Assembly (NCBI GenBank): GCA_020184695.1 | Contig: JAANOX010000021.1 | Span: forward strand, 62,001-126,000 | Origin: Histomonas meleagridis 2922-C6/04-290x | Lineage: Eukaryota > Protista > Parabasalia | Reading direction: 5' to 3' | DNA: 64,000 nt | Part shown: positions 21,601 through 31,819 of the stretch, piece by piece | Numbering within the stretch: the first letter of the stretch is position 1 | Layout: the number at the start of each line of letters is the position of its first letter | The notes under the pieces: generated by a model | What the model was told of the DNA's origin: nothing | Seen by the model: only the letters and a program-made list of their open reading frames with translations | Database searches by the model: none | Translations under genes and position numbers: made by a program

Positions 21601-24600
21601 TCTAATTCATTAATAAATAATAAATTTACTTTTATGATTAGATTTGAACTTGACGTAAATTGGAGTTTACCGAATGTTAAACCTTATTTATTATCTTTAA
21701 ATACTATAACAGGTCAAAACTTCCAATTATTTTTCGAAAATAAAAATTTGATATTTAAATATCAACAAAAGAAAAAAGATCAAATCGCTACTTTTAAGTT
21801 CGATCATGTTTTCCAATCAAATCAATGGTATAATTTAATATTAACTGTTGATGGGAATTTAATATGTTTTTATATTAATGGGAAAATGTTACAACAATTT
21901 ACATTACGGAAATCAATTAAATTTACACAATCAATACATTTTGTTATTGGAAACATTAATAAAACTAAAAATAATTATAATGATTCATCATTAATATTTA
22001 ATATGAGTTGTGTTTATTTATTTAATATACCATTAACAACTTCAATTATTAAAATTATATCAAAATTACCTAATGATTTTATATATACATTTTCTAATTC
22101 TTATTCTAAATTATATAAATCTTTGCCTCAAGAATGTTTAAATTTGTTTAATGATTCATTTAATTCTCATTTAATATTTTGTTATAATGGGAGAATGACT
22201 ATTGATAATTATTGTGCTAATTTAATACAAAATTCTGTTGATAAAGCTTTAGTTAAAGGCCAAATAATACCATTTTCTACAACGTTTTGTGATGTTACTA
22301 ATAATATCGGAGGATTAAAAACATTTTTACCTTTATTCGAACAAATTAATTTACCAATAAAAAATGAAACCAATAATTATTCAACAAATTTCTTCGAATC
22401 ATTACTTGCATTATTTTCATTATTTTGTAATAAAAGTGATCAAATTCAAGAAGATTTTAATAAAATCGAAGGATTTAAATGTTTAGCTTCATTATTCTTA
22501 AACATAAAACCCGAAACTTTTGATTTAAGAATTATAAATCATTTAAGTAATTTTTATTTAGAATTAAATTGTGATGAATATAAATCAAATATGATAAATG
22601 ATATTTGGATGAATTTTGAGTTATGGCATCATTTATCTATAGATATTCAAATTCATGTTATTAAAATTTATAAAGATTTATTATTAAATGAAGATCCTCA
22701 TCTTGTAATATCTTCAATATCTGTTAAGAAAATGATTTTGTTATTATCGAATGAAGAAAATGTTCAAATACGTAAAGTATTATGGGAATTTATTTTAGAT
22801 TTAGCTAAATTTCAATTTACATTATCTGATATGCAAATCTTTTTTGAGTTTTCATTTATGTTTTTAAACTTTGAATTACATTTAGAAATATTAAAGAATA
22901 TGTATATATTAATGTCTGAACAAGTACATGACTTTCATAAAATTCTTGAAAAAAATAATTATTATGATAATTTTGTCACTTTGTTTACATCTAAATATGA
23001 AAAAATTCGTTTATTTGGATTAAAATTTATAGTTTTAATATATTCATTTGAAATTAATGGAGTTATTAGTAAACCTAAACGCAACTTAAATGATATAATA
23101 TTAAATATTATCGGAATATTTAATCAAGAAAATCTTACAATTAAAACTTGGAATTATATATTAAAATTATTCTTTGATCAAAATCCAAATTTAATTGTAC
23201 AAATATTTCCTTTAATTTCATATCTTTCGACTTTTTATTCTAATGAAATTATACAAAATTTTGTTATTAAATTAAATGAAATTTTAGAAGATAATTTAGA
23301 AATTTGTAATTTAATTTCTTCAATTAATTGTTGGTATCATTGGTTATTCCATATTATGTTACAATTAAATCGACCTGAAATAACATTTAATAATATAAAT
23401 AATGAATTAAATTATATAATAAAAATATATAGTAAAATTACTATGTCAATTATTAAAAATGGTAATAAAAATGGGTTTTCTGAATTATTAACATATTTCC
23501 AATATATTAAAATCGAAAAACATTTTGATATTACATTATTTATACAAGAAATATTATGTGAAACAATGGAATATTTAATTGGTAATATAAATGAATCAAT
23601 TTTATCTATAGTTGTCTCAGAGATATTTAGTTATTTATTTTATATATCAAATATTGAATTATATTATTATAATATATATTTATTATCATTTAATAAAATT
23701 GAACTTACAAATAATTTATCAAATTTTATTTATATTAAAAATAAACTTGATTTAAAAGAAGAAAATATTAACGTTCATATACCTGAAAATTATAAATTTA
23801 ATTTCTCCGCAAGAATTAATGCTGAAGGTAAATGGATTGATATGAAAATCGCTTATTCATTAATATCATTAATAAATTCGATATTCTCATTAAAAGAACA
23901 AGAAATTAAACGAAACTTTGATTTAAGTTTCACTTTTATCGATAAACAAATTAAATATTATGAAGCTTATTCATTTATAATTTATTTCATTATTCGATCT
24001 GATCCATTACAATTTAATGATGTATATGATTTATTTATGAAACGTTATAAAAATAAATCTTTATATAACCAATTCGAATTATCATTTTTCTCTTTAGCAT
24101 TTTATCAAATTTTAACACCTGAAAATTATGAAAAGTTTAATGAATTCATTGAAATGTTTAAGAATTATTTCGATAAAATAATTCCAAATAATCAAAAGTT
24201 TAATATATTAAGTAAAACTTCAATACAAAATGATTTTTATGAATTAACTTATGATTATACATTAAATTTCTTTAATTTATTAAAAGAAAAAACAGAACAA
24301 ATTAAAAATATATCAATTGATAAATTAAAAAGTTTGAAATTAAATGAAATATCTAAAAAAATTAAAGTTAATATCATTGATGTTTCGACATTTTTAGCAA
24401 AATTCGAACAAGAACATCAAATATTTTTACGGGAATTACATTTTAAAATTATGAAAAGTAAAAAAGCTTATAAACATATATCACATGATTTATTATATAA
24501 TGGAGGACCATGGTGTAATTCTACTGAAGTTAAACATTGGAAACTTTGGCCAATTTATGATAAGAAATATCGTCGAATCTTTTTAAAGCCAAACACAAAT

Positions 24601-26883
24601 TTTGATGATCATAAAATTGCATCCGATCGACGTGATCATATTATCATTAAAAAACTCGATGTGAATGAAATGAATCAAATTCAAACGGAAGAAGAAGAAG
24701 AAAATGCAAATCAAGATGCAATTAATACTAAAGAATCCATATTTTCATCAGATTGTCAATTAATTACTATACATGGACAAACTGATGGAATCTTTTATTT
24801 ATATAAAACAGAAATATGGTTTCATAATGTTAATGAAAATCATTATATACAATTTCCATTATCATCAATTTATATGATATTAAATCGTTCATATTTACAT
24901 TTGAATTATGGATTAGAATTCTTTATCACTAAACAAAAGTCATATTTCTTTTACTTTAATAATAAAGGTATTAAAGAAAAAATCATCCAAAAGATTAATA
25001 ACTTAAATTATCCTAATCTAAAACAAGGAATTAAATTATGGAATTCAAAAGATTATATAAATCAATTTACCAAGAAATGGAAAAATCATGAAATATCAAA
25101 TTATGAATATTTAATATATTTAAATCTTTTATCCGGTCGAAGTTTTAATGATTTATCACAATATCCAATATTCCCATGGATATTATCTAATTATACATCC
25201 GAAACTATTGACTTAAATGATCCGAATAATTATCGAGATTTATCTAAACCAATTGGAGCATTAAATCCAAAGCGATTAGAAAAGCTTCAAAATGATTATG
25301 AAAATTGTCCTGATTCACCTGAGAAATGTTTATATCGATTACATTATTCAACTACTTCTTATATATTACATTATTTAATGCGACTTGAACCTTTTACTTC
25401 TTTACATATTGGAATGCATGATGAAAAATTCGATAAACCAAATCGTACATTTTGGTCAATTGCTAAAAGTTATGAAGCTGTAACATCATTAAATAATGAT
25501 TTCCGTGAGATAATTCCGGAATTTTTCACATTGCCTGATTTTCTAATTAATAAAAATCAATTCGATTTAGGTATTCATGAAGATTTAAACATAAAAATTA
25601 GTGACGTAATATTACCACCTTATAGTAAGACGCCTGATGAATTTATTAGTATTCATCGGAAAGCTTTAGAAAGTAATTACGTCTCAGAGCATTTAAATGA
25701 ATGGATTGATTTAATATTTGGCTATGCACAAACTGGTGAAAATGCTATAAAAAATAATAATACTTTTCATGCATATTGTTATGAATCTTCTTTAACGAAT
25801 TATAATGCATTTAATGATTCCGAATTATTATTTGAGATACAAATTCATGCAAGTAATTTTGGTATTATACCAAAACAACTTTTTACTTCTGCACATCCAA
25901 AACGGAATTATATATCAATACCAAAATTATTACAATCGAAGAATATACAAAAATTAACAACAACGTCGAATCAAATTATTTATATGTTTTATTATGAGAA
26001 TGAAATATTTATATTAACAAATGAATTAAAATTATATTCAATAAATTATACACAAAATAATAATGAACAAAATATTAAATATTATGGTTCATTTAATATT
26101 TATTTATTATCATTAATTAAAATTAACTCGATTAATATATCATATCTAATTGATCCTTTAAGAATTATATTAACTTCACAATGGGATAATTCATTTCATA
26201 TATTTCGTATTGATATAAAAAGCGTTGAAATTATTTATTTATATTCACAAAGTCAAAACAATTCATTAATTTCTTTGATATGTAATACAAATAATTATTT
26301 ATTAACTTCTTGGCGTGATTCTTCTTTAACTTTATGGGATATAAATGAAAATCCAAAACAATTATATCGAATAACTCCACATTTAACTTCTGTTGTTAAC
26401 ATTGATATAAATTATAACTTAAATATTATTATAAGTCTTGATAAAAATAAAAAATTATATTTGTCAAACTTATTAACTGGTAAATTCATTCGTTCTATAA
26501 ATATAAATAATAATGTTAATGATTATATAGTACAAAAAGTTATGTTATTTAATATCGGTTATATTATAGTAGTCGAACAAATACAAAATTTCGGTAACGA
26601 AACTTCAATGAAATTGTTTAATATAAATACGGCGTTTTTAGGCGAATTAAAATTTAGTTCATTGATATTAAATTGGTGTAAGGTGGAAATGGAAAATGCT
26701 TATGATGGTATCGGGATAACACTTGAAAACGGACATTTCCTTTACGTAGATATACCTTCTTTAAATATAATGGCAGATATCGATTTGGGAAGAAAAATTT
26801 TGAACTTAATTTTCGTACAAAAATTTAACGCATTCATTTTGTCCGATACGGAAGGAAACATATTTTCGATTGAGTTTGAATGA
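18646..26883 (+). CDS. BEACH-domain protein (neurobeachin/Beige-like: ConA-like, PH, BEACH, WD40)
   Basis: 2745-aa ORF with ISNYEYLIYLNLLSGRSFNDLSQYPIFPWIL, RDLSKPIGALN, DFREIIPEFF and LNEWIDLIFGY, followed by WD40-like repeats. Confidence 0.92.
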   Translation: MWSIFKSRQVRSPIIRKWIKWFTTEISKKDAQFSAHQDLFQKISLIPERTYTKQELTSIGDVPEEEYFTKLFQLNLPLFPQYAEIVNYFNTNSIAVSNPDRIIPLVAPILFQYLIRFMNKIKYIFPKYIQENTDPQLTHENLISLYRLFLYVPTYFEELIELSNPLFLQFSQYLSNNGEVPTKEFKTFYSNFFDTLISFSTTFPCSKDSFLPIFNFYVQYYEFWATKFIGYSNEFDESILGQCCNAPLSFIKLTPEFSKTISETILDQILNIGFNLLSFIFVDTDRSKSTEKVFDIGHSFLRFLNYYANLGNKYSKIIWEHQMFNFTFYFLIWTIDRFPFITFDVTNNFNEDELKITSNEFINSIEDINIENFEFLNQSVFKNSLEVSSDITFVVDSTQLSQYDFDNIDEMITKIKHYRLLLKIFQSFSLCSYSEKFLGKFIEIIMNYSKNYLTKNYKSIRLTSNPQQISSSILYFLLQFLLSIDIKIVTKALIKTNGFNSLVDSLAFLPQYNMWTTKIIDEYLNFICLLRKTIYQLFKQVFVQSSNNSSIILTAIFRIFINSTPQMADEAIKFLSLIFRSNPNTFVSGLNDEQINLIFVNYQLKLQKLELNLISNENYSIFLSYVCQSSIQMFNFMDLILREVNSRFHFFCAQSFVKVLFHFLFDINLQIFSLDLIKRGLLLDLLSFDLNETNKNPFDNIFVLIIKLFKESQKHINDIQWINLILEFLKMNSEIFQKNRKSILTYIEKYNYLETISLLPNISTEFNDHMKIINSVLNCFIPLTEGNNQMRKRVSKFPMNEILKSIQGLPFGEETINLLLRLLFEQPITLTNCPNSAEINNRRMLPYIHKMTLHLKEHQKIFNYISQICINSLTNKLQVFRSKMPICIIQYFESFPSYHDCTIDQQKSIIDLLSLFSTVSSFIFHWKTFYECVHSMQIINNKYRPWWTSFLISSFTNILSGNNKENPSSFIHFDGRNSGIYIPEISNSLINNKFTFMIRFELDVNWSLPNVKPYLLSLNTITGQNFQLFFENKNLIFKYQQKKKDQIATFKFDHVFQSNQWYNLILTVDGNLICFYINGKMLQQFTLRKSIKFTQSIHFVIGNINKTKNNYNDSSLIFNMSCVYLFNIPLTTSIIKIISKLPNDFIYTFSNSYSKLYKSLPQECLNLFNDSFNSHLIFCYNGRMTIDNYCANLIQNSVDKALVKGQIIPFSTTFCDVTNNIGGLKTFLPLFEQINLPIKNETNNYSTNFFESLLALFSLFCNKSDQIQEDFNKIEGFKCLASLFLNIKPETFDLRIINHLSNFYLELNCDEYKSNMINDIWMNFELWHHLSIDIQIHVIKIYKDLLLNEDPHLVISSISVKKMILLLSNEENVQIRKVLWEFILDLAKFQFTLSDMQIFFEFSFMFLNFELHLEILKNMYILMSEQVHDFHKILEKNNYYDNFVTLFTSKYEKIRLFGLKFIVLIYSFEINGVISKPKRNLNDIILNIIGIFNQENLTIKTWNYILKLFFDQNPNLIVQIFPLISYLSTFYSNEIIQNFVIKLNEILEDNLEICNLISSINCWYHWLFHIMLQLNRPEITFNNINNELNYIIKIYSKITMSIIKNGNKNGFSELLTYFQYIKIEKHFDITLFIQEILCETMEYLIGNINESILSIVVSEIFSYLFYISNIELYYYNIYLLSFNKIELTNNLSNFIYIKNKLDLKEENINVHIPENYKFNFSARINAEGKWIDMKIAYSLISLINSIFSLKEQEIKRNFDLSFTFIDKQIKYYEAYSFIIYFIIRSDPLQFNDVYDLFMKRYKNKSLYNQFELSFFSLAFYQILTPENYEKFNEFIEMFKNYFDKIIPNNQKFNILSKTSIQNDFYELTYDYTLNFFNLLKEKTEQIKNISIDKLKSLKLNEISKKIKVNIIDVSTFLAKFEQEHQIFLRELHFKIMKSKKAYKHISHDLLYNGGPWCNSTEVKHWKLWPIYDKKYRRIFLKPNTNFDDHKIASDRRDHIIIKKLDVNEMNQIQTEEEEENANQDAINTKESIFSSDCQLITIHGQTDGIFYLYKTEIWFHNVNENHYIQFPLSSIYMILNRSYLHLNYGLEFFITKQKSYFFYFNNKGIKEKIIQKINNLNYPNLKQGIKLWNSKDYINQFTKKWKNHEISNYEYLIYLNLLSGRSFNDLSQYPIFPWILSNYTSETIDLNDPNNYRDLSKPIGALNPKRLEKLQNDYENCPDSPEKCLYRLHYSTTSYILHYLMRLEPFTSLHIGMHDEKFDKPNRTFWSIAKSYEAVTSLNNDFREIIPEFFTLPDFLINKNQFDLGIHEDLNIKISDVILPPYSKTPDEFISIHRKALESNYVSEHLNEWIDLIFGYAQTGENAIKNNNTFHAYCYESSLTNYNAFNDSELLFEIQIHASNFGIIPKQLFTSAHPKRNYISIPKLLQSKNIQKLTTTSNQIIYMFYYENEIFILTNELKLYSINYTQNNNEQNIKYYGSFNIYLLSLIKINSINISYLIDPLRIILTSQWDNSFHIFRIDIKSVEIIYLYSQSQNNSLISLICNTNNYLLTSWRDSSLTLWDINENPKQLYRITPHLTSVVNIDINYNLNIIISLDKNKKLYLSNLLTGKFIRSININNNVNDYIVQKVMLFNIGYIIVVEQIQNFGNETSMKLFNINTAFLGELKFSSLILNWCKVEMENAYDGIGITLENGHFLYVDIPSLNIMADIDLGRKILNLIFVQKFNAFILSDTEGNIFSIEFE

Positions 26884-27246
26884 GAATTTAGTTTTATATT
26901 TATGAATAAAGAAAATTATCTATCAAAATAATGATTTTAATATATCAATTATTAATTCTTTCGTTTAGATAAGTGATTTTAAATCAAAAATTTTCTGAAT
27001 GTTAGAATTATGTTATTAACGTTGATTGCATTCATCATTTTTATTTACATCTGGATTTTATATGGTGTTCCACACAAACGGTAGAATAGATACAACAATA
27101 TTTTATATATAAATGAAAACAGTAAATTTTATAGGTTTTATTTTTATTCTAAAAATATTTTTTCGTCATGTCTATCATTAACTAATATTAATTTTTTCTT
27201 CAATTGAATAAAAAAAAATGACGTTTAGAATTTTCATTTTACAGTA

Positions 27247-27990
27247 ATGAAGCTTGATCAAAAACCAATCTCAATATATCTTGCGATGAAGGGAATGTCA
27301 GCAAAGACATGCACTGTGAAATGGAGGCTATATTCGGAAAAGAATGTATTTCATATTCAACAGTTTGTAAAAATCTCAAAGAAAGAATTTCTATTATGAT
27401 ATCATCACCTCATATTATTTAACCAATTCTTAAATAATGATGAAAACATTGATTTAAAAATCTTAGAAATCTTAGATAAATTTCCATATGTGTCAGTAAG
27501 ACTAATAAACAAGTTGATATAGATTCCAAACACTACATTATATAGGCATCTTACGAAAAAACTTCTTACAGAAGATATTAAAAACAAAAATTCACTAAAT
27601 CAATTCAACTTTTAAAAACATTAAAAATAACAAGACATAATAGTCTTAAATATTTTGTGACAGGTGACGAGTCCTGGTTATTTATGAGAATTATCATGTT
27701 CGACAATGGATACTACGAGGTAAAATATACAAAAGATTATTACTAAAAAAAAATAATGTTGACGGTTTTTCGGAATTACCATGGGTTCATTGTAATTGAC
27801 TATCTTTTTAATAGTGAAACATCTAATTCACAATATAATGTAAATTATATCTTATCAAAACTTTCCGAAAAAAATAGTACAAATTGTAAAAAGCCCATAA
27901 GAAAACTTGTTATACATGTTAACAATGCGAAACGTTTTTGACGAATGGGGAAAAAAGTTTTCGAAACAAATGGAGAGTATATTTAATAAA
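27247..27990 (+). mobile_element. Degraded mariner (IS630-Tc1-mariner) transposase
   Basis: HTH-like start MKLDQKPISIYLAMKGMS, VTGDESW at about 27657, MLTVFRNYHGFIVIDYL, and LVIHVNNAK (HxDNA-like). Multiple stops and frameshifts. Confidence 0.8.
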
Positions 27991-28039
27991 CATCTAATTT
28001 GTATTAAAAGATTCAAAAAATGATTGAGATACAACGGTT

Positions 28040-28948
28040 GATGGAACAAAAATATCACCTAGTAACGTTGCTCTTTTTCTTGTCTTGCTTCTCAGCAACA
28101 ACACAACAGATTCATAATAATACGGAATTGGTACAACGCATTGAATCCTCCTAGCATCTACAAGCTATTGATACTCTGATTCATCTATATTAAATGTAAA
28201 TTATGTGAATATATTAAAATTAATACTCGTCCATATTTCAATGGAATACCAGCAACAACCTGAAGTTTATCTAATGAATGAATGATATGTCGAATTGCAT
28301 CTTGTTTAATTTCATTATTGAATTTATATGAACAAAATTTTTCGATAGATTGAATAGTAGCAGTATTTTATTCTTCAATAACAAATATGATCCATTGATA
28401 TAAAAAAAGGAGAAGACAGATACGGAGAGGATTTTTCATTATTCCTTCTTCCTCTGAGAGATCTTTCGACTTCTTCAGGAAATATATCAGTTCTTGCTTC
28501 TTCAATGCAATTTGAGTTTTTTGTTTTTCGATTCCATCTGAATGTCTTATTATGATAATTTTTAATTATTTTATAGAAAAATTTTCTCTTTTCCTGTTCA
28601 AGTTATAGATTAAAGTAGCATTTTTACTCACTTATCTGTATTAATTCGATGCTGATAAATATTAATAATTAACTCTAATTCTGCTTCATTAGCTAATAAT
28701 ATTGTTGATGGAGTATATCTTTTATCGTTATCGATCTTATTATTAATAATATTATTATAACAACATGGTTGAAATTTGAAGAAGTTTGCGAATTTTCACG
28801 ACTTTTTTTTCAGTATTCTATTTGTTTAAACAATGTTTCTGCATTACGGAATTCATTCGCAATTAATGAAGCATAAATCATTCTACTTTTTGTTTCTTCG
28901 AAGACTTCAATGCAATTTATAACCTTTGGAACTGGAACTGGTTTCATT
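28040..28948 (-). mobile_element. Degraded pogo/CENP-B-like DDE-1 transposase
   Basis: Minus-strand translation gives TPSTILLANEAELEL (HTH/CENP-B-like) and FNIDESEYQ*LVDARRIQCVVP...KRATLLG, matching the DDE-1 first-Asp region. Confidence 0.6.
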
Positions 28949-28979
28949 TGCACTCATGATGAAAAATTATTTTTTATTC

Positions 28980-29549
28980 AAATTAATTCAACACATGAGG
29001 CAATGAAGTAGTTGATGAAGCATGGAATAATATTGTTATTATATTTTCTTGAAGATGTTATACTATTAAGATGAACCACGATTACACTTGGCTTTAAAGA
29101 AGTGAAATTTATCAATCTATACAATTCATTAATTTCGCCAGAAGGATGCAATGCAATATCATTAAGATAATGTTGCATTGCAAAGCACCGATATTTTTGA
29201 AAATAGTTTGTAATTTTGGGTCTAAATTAAGGTCTTTAGCTGTATCTCTGACTGTTTTATCATCTGCTCAAAAAGCATTTATTTGGGCTATTTTTTTAAG
29301 TGATAATATTGAATTCGATGTCCATGAGTTTCCTCTGATGAAATATGTTGTAAGGCATTTATAATCGCAGCATCTCCAAATAGCGCCATCAGGGGCAAGT
29401 GGTGAATAAAAGCCATCCATTGGCCGGCAGCATCTTTTACATATTCGCTTCTGGTTTACACTTGGTATAAGCTGAACCCTTGAAGCCGGTTTTATAAAAT
29501 TTTCATCTGATTTAGAAACTTGATACATGACTCCTCGGAGAGATGTCAT
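28980..29549 (-). mobile_element. IS1595/Merlin-like transposase N-terminal fragment
   Basis: Zn-ribbon CKRC...M...DGAIWRCCDYKC..YFIRGNSW...SILSLKKI, typical of the N-terminus of ISXO2/Merlin transposases. Truncated by a stop. Confidence 0.6.
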
Positions 29550-30162
29550 TTAAATATATAAGCTATTGGTCAAAGATTTGTGAGGTTTATTCAATTTATT
29601 TGCAACAATATACAATTGAAAATTATTTATAGGGTTGGGAAGCAACTGGGCCAATGGCCCAAAAGTGACAGCAAATCTTGGCACTGTGGTATAGGGACCA
29701 AAAAGGGATATATGCACTTTGGCCCAGGTCATTAATGAGGTACCTTGGCCCAATGCCCCAGGCCCCTGATGGGGGACCTTGGCCAAAATGATAAAAAGTG
29801 ACAAAGGGACCTGGGTTAAGGTTTATTATTCAATTGAAAACAAAGACCCAAGGTTTACAATTTGCATCAAGCTAACTTGAAATAGAGTTCAAAATTAAGT
29901 ATAAACAATTAATAAAAATCTCGAGTTTTGTGATATCACTATTTGAATGATCTAATTATTCACCTTACAAAAATTGAATTATTTTTATATTTAAGAATTG
30001 TATTTAACCAAATATTTGAAAGAGTTGGATCATAAAATATTTTGATAATGTCATATCCAAAAAGTGTTCAGAATAAAAATATATTTTATAAAAAATTGAA
30101 TGTGAATTATAATTGAAAATAATTTTTTTGAAAGGCGAGTAGAATCACTTCACATTAATTCA

Positions 30163-30760
30163 ATGTGCACAATTCCAATTCACTTTACCACGATGTGGTA
30201 CAAAATGATCGTGGGAGAATTACAATTACCAGATGAAAGAGGTATTGATCACGCAATAATTCTTAGAAAAGATGACAAAATATATAAACTTGACAAAGAC
30301 AATGTTCGGATAATCTCAATTTGCAGAATCTGCACACAATATCCGTGTACAGACTATAGCACTATATCTAATCATTGTCTTAAAAAACACAAAAAATTAG
30401 AACATGTAATTAACACAACACAAAAACAGATCATGAAATTCATATTACTTAACAATCAATATTTAATTTATATTGACAATCTAGATTCTACAAATTTATC
30501 TGCTTTTGATTAAATTTCAAGAAGATCGATTTACAATTATTTGAAAATTTTTATAACAAGAGTAAAGCAATCAATCAAAGAAATTATTACAAAATATAAG
30601 TATTTAACAATATATTCTGATGAATGATCCAAATTCCAACATAATTTTTTAGCCATTATAGCTTCATCATGTGATGCAATGTTTGTATTAGATTCGATCG
30701 TTCCCGATGACATACAAAAAACGTATAACGTTATATCTCATTATGTTACAGACACAATAA
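30163..30760 (+). mobile_element. Degraded hAT-like transposase (BED finger plus first catalytic Asp)
   Basis: CRIC...ISNHCLKKH (BED-like), then YLTIYSDE*SK, where TGA at 30625 replaces the W of DxW. Confidence 0.55.
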
Positions 30761-31359
30761 ATAAATAATTAATTTACAGAAAAAAATATATCGTTCAATG
30801 ACAACGGTTATATTTATGGGAATAATTGAATATAGGACACCGTTGTGTTCGTTGTATTAAAGAGATAACCGCCGATGCATTAGATATCACTGTATCGGTT
30901 TTTCACAACGAAATCCGGGGACCATTCGTCCAACCTTATTATTATATATGTTTTTATTCATAAATTCGTTTTTTTGGCATGATAATGATGATAAGTGTAT
31001 ACTGAAGAAATGGATTCTACAATCGAATCATTCTATAAGATATTGTGACAGTTTAAAATACAGAAAATGACGTATTGAAATGACAGTTTGAAAGACAGAA
31101 AATGACTTAACATATATTCAATTATCATCATTTTGAAACATACATGAACGCACTTACAGACGATTTCAATTTATTATAAATCAACATATTTTATGACATT
31201 CTCGCTTTCATTATATAATACATTTTATACTTATATACAAACAGAATATATATATATATAATGAATTCACAGTTATTGCATATACATTTTATTATAGTCA
31301 TTACATTAATTCATATACTATTATATATAAAAACGTAATAATTACTAATGATAATAATA

Positions 31360-31590
31360 ACAAACAATAATCATAGGATCATGAGGTTTAGATGTTATAG
31401 TTGTCATTATAATAATATTACTTAATACAATATTAATTCGTTGGAAAAAAGATCTAAGTGAGATTGAAGAGAAAAGTTTTGAAGGGAACGAATCACATGA
31501 AAACTCATTTGAAACAGGAGCGATTGATACCAATATTGATGAAGATTCTTTTGCAGATGATTTTAAAGAAGAAATATACATTAATAATAT
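31360..31590 (+). pseudogene. Relic C-terminus of a single-pass surface protein (TM plus acidic cytosolic tail)
   Basis: TIIIGS*GLDVIVVIIIILLNTILIRWKK...DSFADDFKEE. No start codon or ectodomain, and an internal stop. Confidence 0.4.
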
Positions 31591-31819
31591 ATATGAATAA
31601 AACTTGAACTAGTTTTCATTATATTTTTTAATCACTCATTTTAAAGTAAACAACATATTTAATCCCCAGAGGAATATGTTTTTAGGAAATAACAAAAGGC
31701 AGCGCATTTATTTTTGTAAAAAATATAAACGGAATACTTAATAATTTTGAAGTATGCTAATATTGATAATTAAAAATTTGAGTTTATATCACTACAAAAA
31801 TATTCAAACAAAACATATT

